NCBI GenBank assembly: GCA_040437565.1
Contig: JBDOQK010000010.1
Location: 186,001 to 250,000 of the forward strand
Length of the DNA: 64,000 bases
Source of the DNA: Albugo candida
Lineage: Eukaryota
Reading direction: 5' to 3'
Shown: positions 12,716 through 24,884 of the stretch, one piece after another
Layout: every line of letters begins with the position of its first letter
How positions within the stretch are numbered: position 1 is the stretch's first letter
Notes under the pieces: generated by a model
What the model saw: the letters and a program-made list of their open reading frames with translations, nothing else
Told to the model about the DNA's origin: nothing
Database searches by the model: none
Made by a program: the position numbers and the translations under genes

Positions 12716-15700
12716 CTGTGTAGTGAGGCTACGATAGGGGCACAATTATTGAGCGATTTATGCTCTATCAGAAGAAAACAACTAGGTGTAACGTATTCAC
12801 GCGATCAGCAAAGACTTTCAAATTCTGTTCGAACACCTCTTCTTGATGTAAATAGGCATTCAAAATGTACAATTCGACGAATCGGGGCATCATGCTGTGC
12901 TTTCGGGATGTCATATAGTGATATAAAGACTAGCAGCAGCAGTGAATGTCACTTCGAGAAACAACTTCATTTTGAAGCTCCTACTGTATTTAGAGTACGC
13001 AGGTGATGTTATTCTAGGCAAGGTTACAATCAAAACTGATTATTTCGTAAGTCTTTTTTAGCTACGTCTATTACCGAGATGGAGACGCATGGCTACGAAG
13101 AATTTGTTTTTTAGAAAAATGCAACAATGAAGAATATGTATGGACAGCGGGTTGGGATGAAAAAGTGCTTGGTTGACTCGAGAACTAAGCAAGTGTGTTG
13201 AAGCGACACCACTACAAGGTCATCTGAACCGCTATAACTGTCTTCTCAACAATTGATGGGTATCAGAGATTATGTATAGAACGGCTATTAGGGTCAGCTC
13301 AGCTGAATCAAATAAAAGACTTAGCAAAAGACTTCTGCCACAAAAAATAGCAGCAACCTAACAAAGTGTTTGCAGAGAAGTCGAGCTAGTACATAATAAC
13401 CGCGCTTGTTACTACCCAGCAATCACTTATACATTGATTCTGCGGCATGATTGATCAAGCAACGTTGCTGTGTGATAGTACTCAAGAACATGCACAACCA
13501 CAAACGACATTCCTTCTTCTGATTTTGTCCGCTGCAAACGTTTAGTATAAAGTGGAGAGGCTGAGGTACTGGTTCGAAATACCTGATGTACAAGGAAGAA
13601 GAAACATAGAGAACTTAAACAGTGAATGAGGAAGCAACGTATGAATCGGATCATGGCCTGGAATAGTCAAGTTGTCATGTATCCGATAAGGGAACGGTTG
13701 CTTAGAAACGAATCTACTGATAGAGGATGTGATTCAGCTCTACGACACAGGTGCTACAGAGAGATTGTTTGATATATTGAACCAAACCTAAAACCATGAG
13801 ATGATAGTACCATTTTATTCGCGTGTATGACCCTGAAATCGAATAGTGATTCTTGAAAGGCAGACAGAAAAGCTGATGAAGCTGCACATATCATACGTTT
13901 TAAAAAAGGAGAAAAGTAGAGTATATTACTATACCACCTAAGTGCAGACTATCTAGGTGACTGGCATTTGCCTGTAGTCGCACAGGAGTAGATCAATGCT
14001 TCCGTCCGCGAGTCAGAAACATATACTTCGCTGGAATTTTCGAAAATCGGAGGCTTATGTACACGGTTCTGGGCATTAATGCAGCGGGCCTTGTGCTTGG
14101 AAAGAATGTTCGTTCTTTATAAAATAAGCATTCTTTCGAACGCGTCAGACCTATTCGTCACAAGCATTTGCACAAAGCTCAAGTCTGCCGAGAATAATAC
14201 GATTTGACTTCAGCTTACTTCCATTGATGCCTGTTCACGTTTTACCGAGACACTGACNNNNNNNNNNNNNNNNNNNNNNNNNNNNNNNNNNNNNNNNNNN
14301 NNNNNNNNNNNNNNNNNNNNNNNNNNNNNNNNNNNNNNNNNNNNNNNNNNNNNNNNNATAGACTTAGAGGGAGCGCGCACAACGACCAGAATAATAGAAG
14401 TATGTGAATGTCGATGCCCTCGGGCATCATTTGACCTACCGTTTTACTCAAGTAAAAAATGCTGTGTAGTGAGGCTACGATAGGGGCAAAAAAATTGAGC
14501 GATTTATGCTCCGTCAGAAGAAAACAAGTAGGTGTAACGTATTCACGCGATCAGCAAAGACTTTCAAATTCTGATCGAACACCTCTTCTTGATGTAAATA
14601 GGCATTTAAAATGTACAATATGACGAATCGGTGCATCATGCTGTGCTTTCGGGATGTCATATAGTGATATCAAGACAAGCAGCAGCAGTGAATGTCACTT
14701 CGAGAAAGAACTTCATTTTGAAGCTCCTACTGTATTTAGAGTACGCAGGTGATGTTATTTTAGGCAAGGTTACAATCAAAAATGATCATTTCGTAAGTCT
14801 TTTTAGCTACGTCTATTACCGAGATGGAGACGCGTGGCTACGAAGAAATTGTTTTTTAGAAAAATGCAACAATGACGAATATCTATGTACAGTGGGTTGG
14901 GATGAAAAAAGTGCTTGGGTGACTCGAGAACTAAGCAAGTGTTTTGAAGCGACACCACTACAAGGTCATCTGAACCGCTATAACTGTCTTTTCAACAATC
15001 GGTGGGTATCAGAGACCATGTATAGAACGGCTACTAGGGTCAGCTCAGCTGAATCAAATGAAAGACTTAACAGTCTGCCACAATAAATAGCTGCAACCTA
15101 ACAAAGTATTTGCAGAGAAGTCGAGCTAGTACATAACAACCGCGCTTGTTACTACCCAGCAATCACTTATACATTCATTCTGCGGCATGATTGATCAAGC
15201 AACGTTGCTGTGTGATAGTACTCAAGAACATGCACAACCACAAACGACATTCCTTCTTCTGATTTTGTCCGCTGCAAACGTTTTAGTATAAATTGGAGAG
15301 GCTGAGGTATTGGTTCGAAATACCTGTTGTACAAGGAAGAAGAAACATAGAGAACTTAAACAGTGAATGAGGAAGCAACGTATGAATCTGATCATGGCCT
15401 GGAATAGTCAAGTTGTCATGTATCCGATAAGGGAACGGTTGCTTAGAAACGAATTTACTGAAAGAGGATGTGATTCAGCTCTACGACACAAGTTCTACAG
15501 AGAGATTGTTTATTATATTGAACCAAACCTAAAACCATGAAATGATAGTACCATTTTATTCGCGTGTATGACCCTGAAATCGAATAGTGATTCTTGAAAG
15601 CCAGACCGAAAAGCTGATGAAGCTGCACATATCATCGGTTTAAAAAAGGAGAAAAGTAGAGCATATTACTATACCATCTAAGTGCAGACTATCTAGGTGA

Positions 15701-15996
15701 CTGGCATTTGCCTGTAGTTGCACAGGAGTAAATCAATGCTTCCGTCCGCGAGTCAGAAACATATACTTCGCTGGAATTTTCGAAAATCGGAGGCTTATGT
15801 ACACGGTTCTGGGCGTTAATGCAGCGGGCCTTATGTTGGAAAGAATGTTCGTAGTTTATAAAATAAGCATTCTTTCGAACGCGTCAGACTCATTCGTCAC
15901 AAGCATTTGCACAAAGCTCAAGTCTGCCGAGAATAATACGATTTGACTTCAGCTTACTTCCATTGATGCCTGTTCACGTTTTACCGAGACACTGAC
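12612..15996. repeat. ~1.64-kb direct duplication (12612-14257 / 14358-15996), copies diverged
   Basis: Both copies run from ATAGACTTAGAGGGAGCG to CCGAGACACTGAC but differ by many substitutions and small indels; an N gap separates them. Confidence 0.92.
14631..15086 (+). pseudogene. Possible degenerate secreted (CCG-like) effector remnant; broken second copy at ~12885-13340
   Basis: 151-aa open frame without an ATG start. It contains AAA/VNVTSRKNF..LEYAG followed by a Cys pair (RNCFLEKC). See findings. Confidence 0.3.
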
Positions 15997-18422
15997 GATG
16001 TGCCATTATAGACTAAGTGGTCGGCCATGACATGGTATAATTAGTCCTGATAAATCGGGGAACCAAAGCTTGTAGTGAACGCACTAAATGCTCGTGTATG
16101 TGTACGTGAGAGTGGCGAAATAGAAAATGTATGTCTGCGGATGCCACAATCATCATATTGAGACTGTTGCACTGGAAAGAACGCAGTATGTTTTAAGTAC
16201 AACTTGCATGACGCCTACCGACCACATCATTTGGCCAAAAAGATCCGATCATGGAACGGCACTTTTTTCCGACAAACGTAGAGATTAGTCAAGAATTGTT
16301 CATGTTAATGTTTCGCGCGATGTGCTATTTCAGGCTTCATTTGTGCTGTGCAGGAGCTGAAATGTCTTAGTCGAGCGGCAACGACAAGCCCGAAGGTAGG
16401 CCTTCTGAGTTGACAGTATCATAGGATATCATGACTACAATAGGTATTGTGGCGTGGTTGATGTTGAAATATGCGGGTAGTGCTAGAGTATTAAGTTTCC
16501 GNNNNNNNNNNNNNNNNNNNNNNNNNNNNNNNNNNNNNNNNNNNNNNNNNNNNNNNNNNNNNNNNNNNNNNNNNNNNNNNNNNNNNNNNNNNNNNNNNNN
16601 NTTTATGTGTTTTTTTCCGTTTCTTGTCCTAACTAAGCTGCTTGCTATCACATATTGCCAAGATTTGAAGTGACGACCACATGACATTCACATGCTTCCA
16701 CTGAAACGTCATTGTGTTCACTACCACGGCACTATATAGACGCCTTCAATGGATACACAATAAAACTAGCACCACATCTAGAAAACGTTGTCATAGAAAC
16801 TTGAACGTTTAGTTCCCCACCCAACAGAAACTAACCGTTACTTTAGTCTATGTGGAGAAATCCTCACGAACAGCATATTAAAATGCAATTAATGGCTATA
16901 TCTGATGAATCCATGAACAGATCCGTCATGTGTCACATACGCTACCTAAAGCTCCGATTTTCTATAGATTTTAGGTGATAAAGCTCTTTTGCACGATGTC
17001 TGACGATTGTTATGTAAGCTCGATGGAGAATGAAAGGTGAGGGCTCGGCACCTTACTAGCTAAATTCTTTTGAATATGCCAAAGGCGGGGATTCGGTCAC
17101 CTATCACCGCATTGCGCTTTTTTTAAGATGTGAGATTTTAGGTGCCCAGCGCTCACTTCACGTATTATTTCGTTAGTTCACATATTAATGCATGACTCTC
17201 TCTCACTGCGGAACAAGTTATTATCATATACAATGCATAGCGCAATCCCAGTAATACCGCCGTTCATGAGCTCCGTCAAAAAGGGGATTCACTGCCTTCA
17301 TTTGGAGCAGGTAGGAGATACCATAAATCGATAAAGTGATATACATAGTCTCGCTCCGATGGAATTCCTGCGACATATGTTAAGTGCTTTCTCTCAATAA
17401 TAATGCTTGTTCGAATCCTTGGACCAGCAAGCTCCATCTTTTCCTCAGCAACACGTAAAACCTATTTACTTTATCACGCTCCCAAGCATAGGACCAATCA
17501 ATACTTAGCGGGACCCCTGTCATCATGTGAAAAGGAAGAGTATAAAATACAAAGATCTGCACATATGAATTGAGGCGTAACGTTCAGGAAGCATCATATT
17601 GTTGAGTGATATAGTGCCGACCAACATGCAACAGCAGGCATCATAATAGATGGCTTTGCAAGCACCAAGATTGACCCTGGATACATGTAGCCTCAAACTT
17701 TTCAAGGCATACACTATATCAGAAGCATCCCATCAAGGAAATATTACTTCGAATAGCAAGGATATAAGCTTGAAAGCTGATCAAAAACAAAAGCTTAATT
17801 TCAGTTCAATTAGTGCGAGAAAATCATCCCGGAGCGGTATGTATACCTTTGAAACAAATTGCAATAGCAAGGCAGCTGCATATCGTATACGTGGGGAGCC
17901 ATTCACCCGACATAGAAAATCGTTAATCACCTAAAGTCTACATTAAATATGAGGATACGTGTCTTGCACTAATCAGAATCCAAAGTCTACCTGAGAGCGC
18001 ATGATGCTATCATAAGCTCATATCCAATGTGCCTGGGTGTGAATAAAGTAGGGGGAACTTTCAAAGTGCATTCAGAGTGACATGTGTGATTACAAGCATT
18101 GAATGCAAGTTGTATCAATAATAGAAGCTTGAAGAGGACTTCTACTAATTTCAAGCATTAAGTCTAGTTACAAACTAAGCTAAAAAACTCTGTTGCTCCA
18201 GCTGGATTGAGGCGATTGTTATGATACTGTTTTATGTTTTGCTCAAGTCAGCTCACGCCAGATGTTTTTCTGCATTACAAAGACACGATCCTCGGAGAGC
18301 GTATCTCTTAAACATCACAAAGTTGGTATTCAAAATCATTAAAGCCGATTAAATCACGACTACAAATCGATATATTCCTCTGAGGTTTCTGGCAGTTACC
18401 GTATAGAGATTATATAAAAATG

Positions 18423-18631
18423 CTATGTAGCTGCTTTTTCATCTTCTTCCATCTGTTGCAGCGTCAAAGACTTAATTGGGAGAATCTTTGGCTTGCAAAG
18501 CGTTTGCATCAGTTGGCGCTGTTCCGAATATACTAGACCCGTCTTTGGCAACACTTCTTTCGTTTGTATGCGCTACAAGTATAAATCGATAACATTTTTC
18601 AATTTGTGGATAGGATCATTGTCACCTGCAT
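18423..18631 (-). CDS. BBIP1: BBSome-interacting protein 1 (BBIP10), 2 exons, 51 aa
   Basis: Exons 18631-18626 (MQ) and 18572-18423, GT-AG intron of 53 nt. Product MQRIQTKEVLPKTGLVYSEQRQLMQTLCKPKILPIKSLTLQQMEEDEKAAT matches the BBIP10 signature EVLPKxG...LCKPKLLPLKSLTL. Confidence 0.88.
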
Positions 18632-18916
18632 TCGTGTTGCTCTACGACTTCTCGGTGCAGAATATAATAATAATCAAAATCTACCTAAACGACCGGTTGC
18701 TTGCATCAGCGCGACGATGTAGCCGATTCGAGGACAGAGGTGCCCGCGTGTATGATCAGTCAAGGCCAATAATACAGCTTCGAGAGGCCACCAAATAATG
18801 CAGTGACATTGCATTAAATTTGTCAGATACATGTTTAAAGTATTATAATAAAGCGGAAGATTAGAAAGAATTGGATACAGACAGAGCATTAGTCCAGACG
18901 TTGTATGCGCTCTTTG

Positions 18917-19497
18917 TCATTCGTAATATAATTGTTCCATCGTAGGATTCACATTGGGAGGAGGATTGCGCATCAATTCAGCCCGATACGCATACGCTCG
19001 TTGGATTGCCATATACTGCATATCAAATCGTCAGTTCAAGCGCAAAAGCTGGGAATAAATGCTCTACCGTCACGTAGAACTCGGATACAATCGCAATACA
19101 ACCGAACACAAGCACAAACCACGCCCAAAGATCCATCGCTGACCATTTGGTCACATCCAGGACTAGTAGAACCAAAGAGGAGAGCTCAAGTAGCATCAGA
19201 AAGTAGTTGCTAAAGTAGTACTATAACAAGAACCGACTCAGTGAGGAAAGAATATGAAAGGATTAGGACGCATACAAAGTGTAGAAAGCTGACTTTATTC
19301 TGCAGAACTGGTTGCTTGGAACCGTAATATCCGATCAGAGATACAATGATCCCAATAGTGCCGCACCACCAAACCGGATACGTGACAACAAAGGACAATA
19401 GAAACATTCCCAGCTGGAGAATGGATGCGGCATTGCACGGGTCTCTAAATTCATACAGAAATCCATATTGATCTGAAATTCTCTCATATCCATTCAT
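18917..19497 (-). CDS. Small multi-pass (~4 TM) membrane protein, 3 exons, function unknown
   Basis: Exon 1 MNGYERISDQYG...VSFLHF, exon 2 YYFSNYFLMLLEL...EFYVT, exon 3 YMAIQRAYAYRAELMRNPPP...EQLYYE*. GT-AG introns and four hydrophobic segments. Confidence 0.75.
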
Positions 19498-19694
19498 TGT
19501 GCAGACTTCCACAGTTTTGCCAGTTGTATCGCAATTGTGACCTTTTAAACTCGCCCGTGGCTCTCTGTATCCAAAGCTTACGGTCGAATCTCAAACACTT
19601 GAATTACATTCTACTTTGTGGAATCATACAAAGAACGAGAGTGATATAAAGGGCTATTTACTTGAGGATAATAAGCCATTTCCAGCGAACAAAG

Positions 19695-22244
19695 CTAATT
19701 GTTGTGCTTCAGTAGCCACATCCCCCAGTGTACACTAAAGTCACCATAGGCTTGAATTGAATCTAGAGAATGGCAATCGTCGGGATACCAGAGCACTTTG
19801 GTTTCGACGCCATGGGCTTGAAGAGAGTCTTTCAGTTGCAGACCTTGGCTCGGTGGTACACGTCGATCTTTTCCACCCAAACCAAAAAGGGTCGGAGTTG
19901 TGACACGATCAAGATCCAGAGATATGGAAGATACATCCCATAAACGCTTCAGAATTGCACAGCGCTCTGTTCTTGTTAGTGGTTTTCCATCAGTCTGCTT
20001 CAATTTCTGAGAGGTGAGTATCGATTCGAATTGGTGAACGCCAGAGACAGCAAGACCCCATTCGGGAATATCACTTGTGAAGAACACGGACGAAAGGTTT
20101 GTCACCGGATTACGAACGACACAGCTGCGATAAAAGCTTGGAAATTGACCGATCAAGTGTGTACATATAAAACCACCATGACTTCCACCAGAGCAGTGAA
20201 TTCGGGACCGATCAATTGCAATCATATCATCTCTTTCCCCCCCTTTCGTCATTTGATCCAACGCGTACAATAATCCATAATGACAGTCAAATACATCTTG
20301 TGTACCAGCTTTACCGACTAACGATTCGAGAGCTCCTTTTCCGAAACCGATGCTCCCACGATAATTCACGGAAACTGTGACGAATCCTAATGCTGCAAAA
20401 TAATTATACAGTACACGATACGTCACTGGAGAGACACCGTGAGGTCCTCCATGAATGTCTAATAGAACGGGATAACCTTGTTCCGGGGGCGGTGAGTCTG
20501 GAATCACAATCAGCGCCTCATAATCAAGAGTGCTATAGGTAGGCGAAACCCGAAGTTTTGATGCCATCTGATCATTTGTGTCTTCCAAAGAAGCGACTGT
20601 CTCGACCTGTTCACTTTTTCGCTGGCAAGCTTCATCGGATAAGTGCGTCGGAATCGAAATAACTCGCCAGGCGCTAATTTTCACACCCGAAGAAGCTTGT
20701 TTTTCCACTAATATGGGAGGTGACCTGCAAAAGTTTGGATAGCTTTCTGTTGAGATCGAACTTACTTCGGCGTTTCGGACGTATACGCGTGTCGGTTGTT
20801 TCGGTGAGTGGGTCGCAATAAGGAGGAGCCCATCGTCGTAATCTAAAAATGTTTCGGAGGCGACTTCAAAATCAGAGGTGTCTACATACGCCGGAGACAA
20901 AACGGTTTTGTTGACTCTATCGGCAATTTTCCAAAGACTTCTTCCCCCGACTTGCGTTTGAAAAAAAATATATCGAGAATCTCTAGTCCAGCAATTTCGT
21001 GGGGGTAATGCTGCAGAGTAAATTCCATTAAAAGCTTGAGCGACCGTCGGACTGGGCGCTGGGTCTTGCACGACGTCGACGATTGTGCTTACATTCTTGG
21101 ACGTCCAATGCATGACGCAAAGCGTACTGCAAGTATTATGCGTGATGACGTCATGTGTTGCTAAAAATGCAAGCCATTCACCATTCCGAGAAAATCGAGG
21201 ACTCCGGAGGTGAACTCCATTCAAGCTGCTGTGTTCATGTATCATTTGTTCGTTCAAAGGGCTGCAAATGAATTTGGGTGAGTCAATCTCCAAGTGATAC
21301 AATTCCACCGGCCGATTGTAGCAGTGAATAAGACCCAGACGGCGGGGTTGGTCGGTACGGGTGCCACAGAACACAATTCCTCTGTCGTCCGGCGTGAACA
21401 CAGGGTCACTGCATGAAACATTTTCTGGTGTCCCTTCCAATTGCTGGACCTTACTAGTAGATACAGTCACCATGAACATAATTCCAGTGCGCTTGTCGGT
21501 ATATTGCTCGCCCCAATCGTCTTGATACTCAAATTTGGTCGACTGCTTCGGCTCCTCATTATCCTTCTGATCCCAGAATGAGCAGGTCTCAATGGTTTTT
21601 TCCGCAACATACACGAATCTTGTTTCATCGTTGGACCAGGAGAATATTCCGTCTCTTTCGGTGGTGTAAATGGCGCCATGAGCATTTTTCGGGCTTCGAA
21701 TCGTTTTTATTAATGTTGCATTAGAATAAACTAATAGAGAGTATAAGCAAATGCAGTATATGAGATAAATAGGATATTAGATGACAAGTAGGGCCAACNN
21801 NNNNNNNNNNNNNNNNNNNNNNNNNNNNNNNNNNNNNNNNNNNNNNNNNNNNNNNNNNNNNNNNNNNNNNNNNNNNNNNNNNNNNNNNNNNNNNNNNNGG
21901 ATATTAGATGACAAGTAGGGCCAACCTCTAAATCGCCCGGGATATTCTTTATTATTGGGATCAACGTGCAATGTGACAACGTATTTCTTGGAAGGAGATA
22001 TAGAGAAAGCCGCAACTTCCCAGTCGCTCGGGCACAAAGTTCGGTTCACATTCCATTTGTCGTGTTTTCCTTGCGTGAGATTATATTGTGTATGATAAGA
22101 GATCTTTTGATTCGAGGCCAGATCTTTTTTAGACCAAACGAGCTGAACGTTGATAGATTCTGCGCTTTTTTTGTCCAATATAGCTTCAATTAGCGTTTGT
22201 GACGCGTCACTGATTTCCGTGAATGTTTGTTTTGGATTCGCCAT
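19695..22244 (-). CDS. APEH: Acylamino-acid-releasing enzyme (peptidase S9C), 2 exons
   Basis: HGGPH, NYRGSIGFG, nucleophile GGSHGG, KDRRVP (Asp) and DDCHSL (His). Splicing ~21926 to 21730 gives RFRVYSN...HGAIY...FSWSNDETRFVYVAE. The N gap falls in the intron. Confidence 0.93.
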
Positions 22245-22350
22245 CTAAAGCTATGAGATTGCTAGTTTGGAACCTTCCCTATCAATAATATCATATTAGA
22301 CAGGACCCCTATCAATAAATACGCATTGGTAACCATCGTTCAAGTCCAAA

Positions 22351-24053
22351 ATGCCGTCGCCTTCCGTGTGTCCTTCATGCATGTGCACGCAAATCGAGCA
22401 CGTTGATATAAGCGGTGAAGCTGTCTGTGTGAATTGTGGTACAATACTGGAAGTCAACAACATTGTGTCATCGGTTGAATTCCATGAAACAAGCGGTGGA
22501 AACACAGCTGTTGGCCAGTTTGTGTCCTCGCAAGGACTCAACGCCTACTCCAAAGTAAGCGCTACAACCGGTAGGAGCTACAACACAAACTCCAGAGAAA
22601 AAACACTATCAAATTGTCGACGTAATATAAGTCGTGTCGCCGGTATGCTTTCGTTAGGCAGTCATTACGTCGAATCTGCATTCCGATTGTACGCATTAGC
22701 TCTTCAGCGTAATTTCACACGCGGTAGGAGAAGCGAAGTCGTTATCGCTTCATGTTTGTACATTGTGTGTCGTCGTGAGCGTTCGCCTCATCTGCTCATC
22801 GACTTCTCCGATGCGTTACAATTGAACGTGTACGTTCTTGGAGGCGTTTTCTTAAAGTTTTGCAATTTACTCCAAATTCACTTGCCATTGGTGGACCCAT
22901 CGCTGTATATCCACCGATTTGCGTCACAATTACATCTGAAAAGCAAAACGCACGCAATTGCGACCATTGCGTTGCGTTTGGTTGCAAGTATGAAGCGTGA
23001 CTGGATTCAAACGGGGCGTCGTCCATCAGGAATCTGTGGAGCCGCGTTACTGATCGCGGCTCGGTGCCAAAGTGTTCCTTGTAGCTTCCAGGATGTCATG
23101 GACGTGGTCAATATCGGGGAAGCTACTTTGAGACTTCGTCTGAGGGAGTTTGCTGCCACACCAATTGCTCAGCTTACTTACAATCAAATTGGAAAACTCG
23201 AGTTTGCGGGGATGGAATGCGATCCTCCGATACAACAGCGGCATCGTGAACGACGTATCTTGAAATTTATTACAGTTGGGAACGAGTCCAATATGCAAAA
23301 GCTACTGTCTGCTGAATTGTTGAAAGAAAAAAATGCGCTTGGGTCAATTGAGAAGGAGCAGCCATTCATTATTGATGAAAATGAAGCTATTTTATCCGCG
23401 ACTCAAAAAGCTGCCACGGAAATACTCCAACGAATGCAGCGGAAAGCGAGAACGTATTTGACCCGACAGCGAACAACAGCTGCATTTTACAAATTGTTGG
23501 AAGACGAACTCGTGCTGGAAGTCCAAGAGGTTCCTTCTCAAAGTGTACAACCGGAAGTATCAACTTCCAACGATGGTGTTATCGATATCGAAAGCACAAA
23601 ATGCGACACCAAACGTACAGACTGCAAACTGGAGAAAGAGCATGCGATAGACTCGCTGTCAGACTTGGATGATGACGAAATTTGTGGCTTAATTCTGACA
23701 CCAGAGGAAGCGGATCAAAAGGCGTTATTATGGGAGCAGATGAATGGTGAATATGTCAAGATGCGGGTACCCTCTTTTTGTGATTTGACAGCGTTCACAT
23801 TACTAAGTGATGTGTTCAGGAAGAGAAGCGTTTGATCAAAAGCGCGACATCTACGCCAAAGAAGAAACGAAAACGAGCTACGGAAGCGGAGATACCGCCT
23901 CCGGACACTGCTCAACACGCCATTTACGTACGTGGTCATTCACGGAAAAAATACTGCGACTTGACCCATCTGTTGTAGAAACTCAAGAGTCGAAATATCA
24001 ACTACGAAGTCATCAACGAGCTTTTTGGCGACTCCACTGCTGCCATTTTGTAG
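22351..24053 (+). CDS. BRF1: RNA Pol III transcription factor TFIIIB subunit Brf1, 3 exons
   Basis: N-terminal Zn ribbon (CPSC..CVNCG), cyclin folds with FTRGRR and WIQTGRRPSGICGAAL, and a C-terminal LSDLDDDEI..LWEQMN segment. Introns 23767-23819 and ~23928-23978 give a tail ending KSRNINYEVINELFGDSTAAIL*. Confidence 0.95.
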
Positions 24054-24514
24054 TTTATGGCCAAATTGGAAGCTTGCCGGTGAATCATTTCTCGCCACAC
24101 AATTACTCCGAAACCAAGTTGCCAGAGTGTGAAGACGCCATACACAATGTCAAGTATTTGCTCGGCCGAATAAATTGGCGTTTGCTTGAGTGTCCAATAG
24201 AGAAAAGCAGGCGCACATGGGAACAAGGTAAGGAGAAGAAAAGCGTTGAGATGATTAAGATCCCGTCGTAAATTGGCATATGTCCCAAGCCAAGTCCGAA
24301 ATCGCTCAACCACGACGATTAAAGCAAATGAAAGCATTTCAATTGGAGATTGCTCGTGCTACGAAAATCCGTCAATTATTAACAAAAAGTGGCTATAAAT
24401 GAATACCTTTCGGTACAATAAATACCCAGAAAGCGAGAAGAATAAATAATGGAACCATGAGTGAAGTGTCAGTGCCATTTGGAAGTATGTGCGATACATT
24501 CTGTATCTAGACAT
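24002..24514 (-). CDS. TMEM17: TMEM17/TMEM216-family ciliary transition-zone membrane protein, 2 exons, 154 aa
   Basis: Exon 24514-24407 (MSRYRMYRTYFQMALTLHSWFHYLFFSLSGYLLYRK) and exon 24358-24002 (...ERFRTWLGTYANL...AFLLLTLFP...AEQILDIVY...). Four TM segments and an ExxRxxLGxxxNL motif. Confidence 0.72.
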
Positions 24515-24884
24515 GAACTCAAGCGTCGGAATGCCGCCTTTTGATCACACACACAAGACGATCACGAAATCTATGTGGCGCGGACGCTAGCTTCCCGACG
24601 AAGTCAGCTGTAGAGCCGCAACGACCTCTTTACCCATCCACGATGTCACATAACAAAGCTGCGTATTCGCGCTTCCAACAGCACTATAAGTGTACTTTTT
24701 GTTGAGCCGTGTGACGATAAAGGTCATAGCAGCTTTGGCTCCACGTACTGAGCTCATTAGTGAACTGATTCAGCCAATGCGTTTAAAAGAACACGAAGCA
24801 GGCTGCCCTACAACACATTACGTACGAGAAGGAATAAGTGCGCAATATAGAACGAACAGAAGATTATGCAGTTGGAAGCAATGC

